Part shown: in pieces, positions 40,526 to 49,290 of the stretch
Layout: every line of letters begins with the position of its first letter
Position numbering within the stretch: the first letter of the stretch is position 1
DNA from: Bdellovibrionales bacterium
Lineage (GTDB): Bacteria > Bdellovibrionota > Bdellovibrionia > Bdellovibrionales > UBA1609
Length of the DNA: 64,000 nt
Assembly (NCBI GenBank): GCA_965261545.1
Contig: CBDHDF010000011.1
Location: 736,001-800,000 of the forward strand
Direction: 5' to 3'
Program-made: the position numbers and the translations under genes
The notes under the pieces: generated by a model
What the model was told of the DNA's origin: nothing
Database searches by the model: none
The model's input: only the letters and a program-made list of their open reading frames with translations

Positions 40526-40989
40526 ATGCGGATTCATTGTATTCGACAGGAGCAAAAAATAGCAATGATTTTTGGACTTTTAATATTACTTTCTTTGGGA
40601 TCCTTTATATCTCTTTTTATTTCCTTATTGGTATTTGGATTTGGTTATTTACTGGCACTCATCCTCCCATTAACTCAGATGCAAGCATCTTATTTGTTTT
40701 TTGCTTCACTCACACTTTTGGTTCTTACATGTATTTTTATGATGCTCATATCTCAATTTAAAAATCGTTACTTTCACCAGAATCTAGGAGATATTCTTTT
40801 TGATAATTTGGATGAGGATTTGGAAGATGAAAAGAAAAAAAAATTGTAACTGAAGATATGTCGGCATCACAGCAGAAAAATGACCAAAGCGAAAAAATTG
40901 AAAGAAATCAATCCTGTCCATGCGGAAGTGGAAAGAAATTTAAATTCTGTTGTTCCCAAAAGTCCACAGTTCTTTCGTTACACAATTAA
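40526..40989 (+). pseudogene. Passenger membrane protein with a C-terminal SEC-C zinc motif, frameshifted at an A9 tract (40835-40843)
   Basis: Hydrophobic 107-aa ORF; another frame after the A-run reads IVTEDMS...RNQSCPCGSGKKFKFCC...LHN*. Confidence 0.78.
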
Positions 40990-41177
40990 GTCTCTTAAAA
41001 CACATGGCTTGTCGTGGATATCAAATGTCAATCTGCGTCCATTTCTCAAAATACCATCTATAAATATTTATAAATCGCCCACTTCCCTCTATGTAAAAAA
41101 GGAGGCTTGAAAAGTATTTCCATTAATTCGGAATTAAAATTAGAAAAAAACCACGAACACCTATGAGGAGGTTCTTA

Positions 41178-41960
41178 ATGAATCACGAAGAACTTATAGG
41201 TTCTCTTAAAAAACTCCGACTTCCAGCGATGGCGGATGAATATGTTGCAACGGCTAGAGTTGCCGAAAAAACAAAAAAGACGTATGAACAGTATTTAGGT
41301 ATACTCGTTCAAAATGAGCTTGCTGACAAGCATTCCCAGAGAGTGAAAAGATTGCTTAAGGGGGCCAAGCTTCCTCAACTTAAATCACTCCAAACTTATA
41401 ACTTCCAGAAAAGAACGGGAGTGACAGCTCAGAAAATTAATCGGATGGCAGAGGGAGAGTGGGTCAGAAAAGCCTGTAATGTTGTGTTTTACGGAAGCTT
41501 TGGAATGGGGAAAAGTCATTTGGCCATGTCCCTAGTTCGTTCACTCTGTGAACAAGGCTATCGATGTTTATGGGTCACCACTCATGAACTTATTGAAACA
41601 ATGCGTGAAAGCAAGAAAGAACTCTCATTGAATGCTCTTTTTAAGAAATTAGACCGTTTTGATCTTATTGCTTGTGATGAACTTGGCTATACAGCTTCCT
41701 GCACAGAGGGTGCTGATCTTTTCTTTCAATTCATATCTCAGCGATATGAAAGGAAAAGTCTCATGATCACTACAAACTTAACTTACTCTGAATGGGATAA
41801 GGTGTTTCTTAACCCTATTACCACCGCTGCTGCTGTTGATCGAATTATTCACAACTGTGAAACCCTCAACATTGAAGGAAAAGAAAGTTGGAGAACCGAA
41901 TCCGCAAAAGCCAAGTCTAAACAGAGCAAAGAGGAAAGTTCAACCAAAGAAGTTCATTAG
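41178..41960 (+). CDS. istB: IS21 ATPase IstB (variant allele)
   Basis: As the other copies, with QKINR in place of QQINW. Confidence 0.93.
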   Translation: MNHEELIGSLKKLRLPAMADEYVATARVAEKTKKTYEQYLGILVQNELADKHSQRVKRLLKGAKLPQLKSLQTYNFQKRTGVTAQKINRMAEGEWVRKACNVVFYGSFGMGKSHLAMSLVRSLCEQGYRCLWVTTHELIETMRESKKELSLNALFKKLDRFDLIACDELGYTASCTEGADLFFQFISQRYERKSLMITTNLTYSEWDKVFLNPITTAAAVDRIIHNCETLNIEGKESWRTESAKAKSKQSKEESSTKEVH

Positions 41961-42573
41961 AGATCCCCACTTTTGGGGAAGGAACTCGCCAGTTATCCAC
42001 AAAATTTATCCACAGCAGCACTGCGTTGCTAGACATCGGGGTCACAGCCGCAGTGTCGCCATGGATAAATTTATGGATAACTGGCTTTTACCGTACTATT
42101 TGCTCGTCACTCTCGCGGAGATTTAGACATTAGCTGCGCCAAGGAATCCTGAAAAATACTCCATTTACCTCTGCCATAGGGCTGAAGGATGCATTTGGGG
42201 TCATGCCAAAAGTGGTGGGTAGAAAATCATTCCTCAGAATCTTGTGGCATAGTCCGAGTTAAATGATGAGCAAAATAAAGACACTTGACTAAACTCTGAA
42301 CGAAGAATAACTAAATCAGTACATCATCAACTGGCCGTTTTTCATTGGCGACGGCTTCTAAAAATGGCCAATTTTAATTGGCGCCTAACACACCTTACAA
42401 AATGTTTAAGAGATAAGAAGATGAACCTAAAAAGCCCAGCCATAGGCATTGGTCATGTTAAAGAGCGACCTTTAACTGTTGTAGAGGCCATGAGGGAACT
42501 CAAGGAAGTTAGGGCTATCCCTGTTAAAATTCGTGATCAAGTCATTTGGACCCGCACAGATATCACTGGCAAT

Positions 42574-43199
42574 GTGTGCCACGAAGTCACGGAGGTGACA
42601 TGCTGATGTGAAGATGGAGGTAGGTCCTCCGCACTCGGATTTCAGGATTTGAGTGCAAACAACCTTGCTGCTGCATGGGAGGCAAGGCCCTTGTAGTGAG
42701 CGAGCAAGGAAAAGGCCGTAGTAAACGGTCATGTAAGTACTAGGGAGATGAGCGAAAGCAAACCCACCGACGACGCATCGAAAGATTAACAGTCGCGTCA
42801 AAACCGAAGGAAGGTTGTCTCCGTCGGGATAAGTCTAGAGGAAGCCTGATGACCGATCTAGACGGCGTGCGGTGTATAGGGGGCATGAACCTAGTACAGG
42901 CTTCGTATCGGAACGTGGGAACCTGCTGGTGGATGATAAGGGAAACGCTATAAGGGAGACCCCCGAAGTGCTAAATACCGATGCCACCAACCAGGGGCAG
43001 AGTGATTCGTAGTAGTGATGAAGTTCTTGTAATGAGAATGGAGCGAAGGGGTCACATGATTTATGGAAGTAGTCAGGCCAACTTGGTTATGCTGAGGAGG
43101 AGCCTAATGAAACGGAAAATCATAGGAGCCGTGTGAGGGGAGACTTTCAAGCACGGTTCTGTGAGGGGCAGTGGGGGAAGTTCCCACTGCCTACTCGAT
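42574..43199 (+). ncRNA. ORF-less group II intron, copy 2 (626 nt)
   Basis: Reverse complement of 26204-26829; removal restores the IS1634 frame ITGN|ANSLFK. Confidence 0.93.
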
Positions 43200-43342
43200 G
43201 CCAACTCCTTATTTAAAGCCGCAGGCGTCCCCATCCCTCCCAGAATCCTTAATGCCCACAAGTGTGGATAAACAAAATACAACTATATGCGTTAATCCTT
43301 TAATATCATTCGTTTGACGCAGATGCTGCTGTCAAACTCGGG

Positions 43343-43486
43343 AGTTGCTGATGAAGATTTCAATGGAGAAGAGGAGGCACTTCAAAAGAAGCTATGAAAG
43401 GTCTATCAAAAGGGCTGGGAGTTCTTTTAAAAGAAATAGCTTAACGCAGAGGCAGAGGGGTGTGGTGGCTTAAGGAAACGGCATTG
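43343..43486 (+). mobile_element. 3' remnant of IS4 element A (original target of the IS1634)
   Basis: Matches the last ~144 bp of element A, including the IR CTTAAGGAAACGGCATTG. Confidence 0.9.
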
Positions 43487-43576
43487 GCTACAAGGTAGTG
43501 CTAGCCTGCATTTCTCACAAACTAAGAAATGCTCTTCCATTTTCCAGAAAGCTCCCCATGACACACCAGTGCGTGG

Positions 43577-44527
43577 CTATTCAGAAATTTCCATTTTAGA
43601 CCGTATTTTTTTAATGAGTTTTTGCTCCAGTTGTCGAACGGCCTCTCGGGTAATTCCGTATTGATCCCCCACCTCTTGAAGAGTCATGGGACTGTCAGAA
43701 AGCAGACGCTCAGAAAGAAGAAACTTCTCTCGCTCATTGAGTTGTCCCTTGATTTCTTTCAATTGATTCTTCAGCCTTAAAAGCTCTTCAAAGCGAGAAA
43801 GGGCTTCCACGGGGCTTTCTTCATTGTCTTGCTGAAAATCCAAAAAAGTCATACTTCCCTCTCCCTGGTGCACGGGAGTATCTAAGCTGAAATCATGGCC
43901 TGACATTCTCATGGTCATGTCCTCAACCTCCTTTTCTGAAACTCCCAAGCGGCCGCTCAATAAAGCTACCGAAGCCTCATTTCCCATTTTTTCCAACTCC
44001 TCGCGATGCTTCTGAAGTTGATAAAAAAGTTTTTTTTGATTTTGTGTCGTTCCAATTCGCACTAGTGAATACTGCTTCATCAAATACTCTTGAATATATC
44101 CACGAATCCACCACACGGCATAGGAGATAAGTCGCACTCCCTTGTGGGGGTTGAACTCCTTTACAGCATGCATAAGTCCCACGTTACCCTCCTGTATGAG
44201 GTCGATGAGTTTCGCTCCAAACCGTGAGTACTCCATAGCCACTTTGACAACAAAGCGAAGATTGGCCGTGACAAGGGCTTCTGCAAGCTTGGGGTCACCC
44301 GTTTCCTTATATTTTATGGCAAGCTCTTTTTCTTCTTCTCTGGTGAGTACAGGATACTTGCGAACCTCTGCCATATATTGGGCCACGGGATCGGAGGGAG
44401 CTAGAGCCTTTGTACTCGAAGAAGACGAGGGCGACATCAGGGGCTTCAACGGAAGCTGAGACTTCTTCTTTTTCTTTTGGCTGAATCCTTGAGAAGAGTT
44501 CACTGTTTTCAATATTTGTTTCTTCAT
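43577..44527 (-). CDS. RNA polymerase sigma-32 (RpoH-family) factor
   Basis: DLIQEGNVGLM, SYAVWWIR, RpoH-box-like QKKLFY, and region 4 TLQEVGDQYGITREAVRQLE. Confidence 0.9.
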   Translation of the reverse strand: MKKQILKTVNSSQGFSQKKKKKSQLPLKPLMSPSSSSSTKALAPSDPVAQYMAEVRKYPVLTREEEKELAIKYKETGDPKLAEALVTANLRFVVKVAMEYSRFGAKLIDLIQEGNVGLMHAVKEFNPHKGVRLISYAVWWIRGYIQEYLMKQYSLVRIGTTQNQKKLFYQLQKHREELEKMGNEASVALLSGRLGVSEKEVEDMTMRMSGHDFSLDTPVHQGEGSMTFLDFQQDNEESPVEALSRFEELLRLKNQLKEIKGQLNEREKFLLSERLLSDSPMTLQEVGDQYGITREAVRQLEQKLIKKIRSKMEISE

Positions 44528-44583
44528 TTCAATATTTCTTTACTTGCTCTATGCTATAGGGGGCCATCGCTGAGCAGATCAAA

Positions 44584-44889
44584 CTACATAAGCAGCTTGT
44601 TTAGTTTCTCCTCTAGCTTACTTTGAATAGGGCCTCGAAGAAGCGCCAGCCGCAGGGGAAGCTTGACAGTCACAATAACACGGGACCCATCACCCTGGGC
44701 CACAATATCCATAGAAGCTTTAAAATGGCGGCTGGATATGGAGCCAGCAAGTTTTTCTCGACAAAAATCATAGGAAAAGTCGGGGTCTAGCCTCTTAAGA
44801 TCCCGATCTGACTGTAAAAGACTAGACACTTTATCAAACACTTCTTCAGGATGATACTTTGTTGTGATTTCCACAGTAATGTTGCGCAT
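44584..44889 (-). CDS. Small protein, probably polyhydroxyalkanoate-system (PHA granule region) family
   Basis: 101 aa with the C-terminal pattern VKLPLRLALLRGPIQSKL; co-oriented with galU and the sigma factor. Confidence 0.55.
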   Translation of the reverse strand: MRNITVEITTKYHPEEVFDKVSSLLQSDRDLKRLDPDFSYDFCREKLAGSISSRHFKASMDIVAQGDGSRVIVTVKLPLRLALLRGPIQSKLEEKLNKLLM

Positions 44890-44990
44890 ACATATAAACT
44901 ATTCTCTGTTGAGAGCGGTGTCCAGCAGTGACTTAGACAGACATAAGTTCCTAGCCTACATTTCTCACCCCAGATTGCAATGCTGCTTCC

Positions 44991-45863
44991 TTAAGCCATA
45001 CTTTTCAAGTAATAAGCTAAATCCTTTTGAATTTTTGGATTCTTCAAACCAAATTCAATATTTGCCTTGAGATAACCCAGTTGATCGCCAGCATCAAAGC
45101 GCTGTCCTTGGACTTCAATAGCCTCCATTCCATGGCTCTGTGCCAATAATGTCATACCATCTGTGAGCTGAATTTCACCATTTTTTGTAGGTTTTCCATA
45201 TCTAAGACATGTAAAAATGTGGTGATGAAAAATATAGCGACCAGGGAGTGCGAGTTGACTAGGAGCTTCTTCCATAACAGGCTTTTCAACCACAAATTCC
45301 ACAGTATAGCGAAAATCTTCTATTCTTTGATGTTTGATAATCCCATATTTGTGGACCTCGCTTTTTTCTACTGGGGTAACAGCCACTGTGGAAACCCTAT
45401 TTTTGTCCCAATTTTGGATAAGTTGCCCTATGACAGGTATCTCTTCTGGGGGAGTCCACATAATTTCATCACCCAACAGAACAGCAAAAGGTTCCTCTCC
45501 AATAGCAGGCTCACCACAACAAATGGCATGCCCTAAACCTAGAGGTTTGTCCTGACGAACAGGCGTAATACGACACATAGACTCTATTTCTTTGAGCATC
45601 TTGAGGGTTTCTTGCTGACCATTTTTATCTAAGTGGTCAGCAAGACGGGGAGTTGGTTTAAAGAAATCTTCAAGGCTCTCCTTGCCCTGGCGTGTAACAA
45701 GGATAATTTCCTCAATGCCAGCTCGTACAGCCTCCTCGATGACATAGAGAATAATGGGGCGGTCAACAATGGGCAGCAATTCCTTGGGCACTGTTTTTGT
45801 TACTGGAAGAAACCGAGTTCCCAACCCCGCTGCGGGAATAAGAGCCTTTTTCACAGAACCCAT
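44991..45863 (-). CDS. galU: UTP--glucose-1-phosphate uridylyltransferase
   Basis: PAAGLGTRFLP.TK..PKELLP, PLGLGHA, VEKP, GRYI and GEIQLTD motifs. Confidence 0.95.
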   Translation of the reverse strand: MGSVKKALIPAAGLGTRFLPVTKTVPKELLPIVDRPIILYVIEEAVRAGIEEIILVTRQGKESLEDFFKPTPRLADHLDKNGQQETLKMLKEIESMCRITPVRQDKPLGLGHAICCGEPAIGEEPFAVLLGDEIMWTPPEEIPVIGQLIQNWDKNRVSTVAVTPVEKSEVHKYGIIKHQRIEDFRYTVEFVVEKPVMEEAPSQLALPGRYIFHHHIFTCLRYGKPTKNGEIQLTDGMTLLAQSHGMEAIEVQGQRFDAGDQLGYLKANIEFGLKNPKIQKDLAYYLKSMA

Positions 45864-46034
45864 CTGACCTCCTATGGTATATCAAGTATCTCAAATATCT
45901 CATTCAAGTATCTCAGCTTTTCCTGGCCCTCTGCCTTTCGTCAAGTCAAGATAATCTTTATTATACGCTTTTTTCGGCGAAGTAAAGAGGGGACTGTCTC
46001 AAATTCTTCCTCAAAAATTCCGATAACTTAACTG

Positions 46035-47429
46035 ATGAAGAATAAGAAATCTAACTCTCTTGCCAGCGAACTCATGGAGGATCTTTTAGAAGAAGATTTG
46101 TCCCAGGTGACTCTCGATGAAAGTGAAGCTAAAGGTATCAATAAAAGCAGGGGGGAGAACGAAAATAAAGACCAAGGTGAAAGTCAAGACCAAGACAAAA
46201 GTAGAGTCCAAGGCAAAAGGAATAAAAAAGCTTCCAGCAAGAAAATACAAAAACAAGAGCTAGATGGTACAGCAACAGCTTTACTCAAACTCTCTTCATT
46301 AAAAAAAAACATTGAGTGGAGAGTAGAAGACCTTTTAATTGGCGAACTTGCTGATGAATCTCTAACTGATGAATCCATAGAAGTAATTTCTTCCTCCAAA
46401 AAACAAGAAAAACCAAAAAGGCTTTCAGTGGCTTCAGAGATATCCACAAGATTATCCTCAGAGGACCAAACGGTGACACAAGCAACGCCCCTCACAAAAG
46501 TCAAAAGATTAGAGAAACCCCAATCCATCACCAAGAGAGCCACAAAAACGACTGAAAAGAGCACAAAATCACCTCAAACTCCAAAGACTACGGAAGACAC
46601 AGAGGCCATAAAGCCACTTCGTACACCCAAAAAAACAAAAATAGAGAAAGAGCCTTTCTCTAAAGAAGAAATCAACCACGAAAAAACTCTTCCCATAAAC
46701 TCTTCTTCTCATTCACCCCTGTTATTTCATTCTTATCCCAATGAAAATCAAAGGGACACAACAAAATCAAGTCTCACCTCTCCTTTTTTGCCGAAGGCAC
46801 CTCATTTGCACCACTATAGCTCATCTTCTGATTTATCATCAACAGATGTAGCTCTTGTGCAATCCCAACACCTAAAGGTAGCTCAAGAAAAAATATTAAC
46901 CCTTGAAGACGAAATCGACACTCTCAGGATCGAAAATGAAAAATTAACCGCCGCCGGTACAAACCTTAAAGATAGAAATGAAGAACTTACAGCCCAATTA
47001 GAAGAAATCCATAAAATAACACATGAAGAAGTCGATCAACTCACTAAAGAAAAAGAAATTATATCCAAGATATTAAAAGAAAGAGAAGAAGAAATAAATA
47101 AGATCACTTCTGAAAAAAAGAATCTTGAAACACGTTTGGAGTCAAATTTTAGGAAAATACGAGTTAGAGAAAGAGATTTAGAAAATCGTCTAGAGCTTAT
47201 AAAAATGGAACATATGGCAGTTAACCATAGAAAAGATGAAGTTGTATTGAACTTAAAAAGACAAGTTGATCAGCTTTCTTTAGAGCTTGATAATTTTAGG
47301 AATAAAGGACAAAGCTTAAATAAACAACTTAATGAAAAGAAAGAAGCCCTACAAAGAACAGTGAAAGCCCTGCGATTAGCTCTCCTTATGCTCGAAAGTG
47401 GGGATGTTTCATCAAAAAAGATTAGCTAA
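46035..47429 (+). CDS. Hypothetical protein with a low-complexity N-half and C-terminal coiled coil
   Basis: 464-aa ORF with a heptad-rich E/K/L C-terminus. Confidence 0.75.
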   Translation: MKNKKSNSLASELMEDLLEEDLSQVTLDESEAKGINKSRGENENKDQGESQDQDKSRVQGKRNKKASSKKIQKQELDGTATALLKLSSLKKNIEWRVEDLLIGELADESLTDESIEVISSSKKQEKPKRLSVASEISTRLSSEDQTVTQATPLTKVKRLEKPQSITKRATKTTEKSTKSPQTPKTTEDTEAIKPLRTPKKTKIEKEPFSKEEINHEKTLPINSSSHSPLLFHSYPNENQRDTTKSSLTSPFLPKAPHLHHYSSSSDLSSTDVALVQSQHLKVAQEKILTLEDEIDTLRIENEKLTAAGTNLKDRNEELTAQLEEIHKITHEEVDQLTKEKEIISKILKEREEEINKITSEKKNLETRLESNFRKIRVRERDLENRLELIKMEHMAVNHRKDEVVLNLKRQVDQLSLELDNFRNKGQSLNKQLNEKKEALQRTVKALRLALLMLESGDVSSKKIS

Positions 47430-47501
47430 TCTATAAATTAAATATAAATAGAGGATAAACACAAACTAAATACATCTAAAAAGAAAGTAAAATATAGAAT
47501 T

Positions 47502-48596
47502 ATGAGAAAAAAAATAAAACTCGTTCTAAGTGATTTACATCTTGGCCTGGGAAGTCTCCTAGAAGATGGTCGACCCAACCCTCTAGAAGAATTTAATTAC
47601 GATGAAAAATTTTCTGAATTTATTGACTATTACTCTAGAGGAAACTTTGAAGATTATGATATTGAAATTATTTTTAATGGAGATATTTTTAATTTCTTAC
47701 AAGTTGACTACAGAGACCACTACCTCACAGTTATCACAGAAAGTATTACCTTAGAAAAAATGAAATTTATCATAGAGGGTCACCCCATATTTTTTCAATC
47801 ATTAAAAAAATTTTCTAGCCAAGAAAGAAATATGATAACATTTGTTGTTGGGAACCACGATCAAGGCATGTTGTGGCCAAAGGTCAGGGCTCATTTAGAC
47901 ACAGCCCTAGAAACAACAATTCGTTACAAGAATATTGCTTATTTTTTTGATGGATTTCACATTGAGCATGGACATATGCACGAGGCGGCCAATAGATTTG
48001 ATTCTAGAAAGTTTTTTTTAAAAAAGAATCTAGCAGAACCTATTTTAAATCTGCCTTTTGGCTCTTATTTCTTTGTTGATTTCGTACTCAAATTGAAAGA
48101 AAAAAATCCCAATGTTGACAAAATAAGGCCTTTTAACAAGATGGTAAAATGGGGCCTTTTTAATGAAACACTTCTGACTGTAAGTGGAATTTTTTCTCTC
48201 CTACTGTATTTCATTCGTTCTACGTTTTATAAGCCTCTTCGCAAGGGTTCTTGGCCCATACAAAAAATTATAAATGTTATACTGGAAAGTGCCGTCTTTC
48301 CCGACCTTAGTGGAGCTGCTCGCCAAATTCTTACCGATGAGAGAGTGCATACAGTTATCTTTGGTCATACCCACGTTTACCAATATCGACAATTTCCGGA
48401 CGGAAAAGAATATTTTAATACAGGGACTTGGACCGAAATGACCTCTCTTGATATAGGAACGCTAGGACAAGCCACTCGACTGACCTATGTCCTCATTGAG
48501 TATCCCAAAGGTACAACTGAAGGTGCGCGCCCCAGAGGCCGGCTCAAAGAATGGGTTGGTTACCACAGAGTTGAAAAAGACATCATTTCCTCTTAA
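47502..48596 (+). CDS. Calcineurin-like metallophosphoesterase
   Basis: SDLH, NGDIF, GNHD, EHGH, FGHTH and NTGTW motifs. Confidence 0.9.
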   Translation: MRKKIKLVLSDLHLGLGSLLEDGRPNPLEEFNYDEKFSEFIDYYSRGNFEDYDIEIIFNGDIFNFLQVDYRDHYLTVITESITLEKMKFIIEGHPIFFQSLKKFSSQERNMITFVVGNHDQGMLWPKVRAHLDTALETTIRYKNIAYFFDGFHIEHGHMHEAANRFDSRKFFLKKNLAEPILNLPFGSYFFVDFVLKLKEKNPNVDKIRPFNKMVKWGLFNETLLTVSGIFSLLLYFIRSTFYKPLRKGSWPIQKIINVILESAVFPDLSGAARQILTDERVHTVIFGHTHVYQYRQFPDGKEYFNTGTWTEMTSLDIGTLGQATRLTYVLIEYPKGTTEGARPRGRLKEWVGYHRVEKDIISS

Positions 48597-49290
48597 CTTT
48601 CTCGTAACTGCTCACCCTTGCTCTTCTGACAAGATGAGAAATATAGCCTACATTCCGCACTTTTAAGGCGCAAAAAGTTGGAGTCAGTTGTCTTTAATTT
48701 CAATCACTTAGGAAACTTTTATCACTTCCAAGGTGTCTTTGACATACCTTTTTGCGCAATCAAAGCGACCTTTTTTTCTAAGACTCTTAATCTCTTAATT
48801 CTTCGGCGACACTCTTCAGCTTCCTCCTCTGTTACAATGCCATTCGTCTATGAAAAAGTATGTCAAGAAAATATACCTATCCATGTTGCAAAAAATTACC
48901 ATCTTTTGCTGCATACGGTCACCCGTCCTTCCGAAATCTCTCACCAAGTTCTTTCTAGCACTTCTTCTTCATGGTTAATGGCTTTTTATTTACATCTCTA
49001 AAACAACATATTCCTATGATTCGTCTATTTGGACACTCTTAATTCAAGACCGGTTGGAAAATGCTCCTTCCTACAATCTTCAATTTGGGTCATCGTAAAT
49101 GTTAAGGAATAGAGGACGTACTAATCGTTTAAATGAACCTTTATGGCTATCGAATGGATTGAGCTATCTATCCTCACCTCATAATAAAGTCATTGTCTAC
49201 TTTTCGCTATATGCTTAAAGAACTACTGAGATTTTTATGAGGCTGTTTTAATATATTTTACATTTTTGTATTTCCTGTAGGGTTTAAATT

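Larger units (their letters stand above)
39149..41165 (-). mobile_element. IS4-family element C (2017 bp) with a passenger gene
   Basis: IR CATAGGTGTTCGTGGTTTTTT / AAAAAACCACGAACACCTATG; 10-bp TSD AGGAGGTTCT. Confidence 0.93.
37118..42390 (+). mobile_element. IS21 element, copy 3, with nested IS4 element C
   Basis: TGT...ACA ends; TSD CACCT; length minus insert is 3246 bp. Confidence 0.95.
35749..43342 (+). mobile_element. IS1634-family element, 5'-truncated; transposase (to 43271) split by IS21 and a group II intron
   Basis: LYDLTT, GYSKERR.D, VADRG, YKELWKIEDAF..LK and RPVFHW motifs; right end TGTCAAACTCGGG; fragments rejoin in frame. Confidence 0.88.

Noticed and set aside
48604..49290. 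Possible IS66 end (GTAACTGCTC) and degraded ORF
   Set aside because: Too fragmentary to assign; the 107-aa plus-strand ORF has no recognisable motif.
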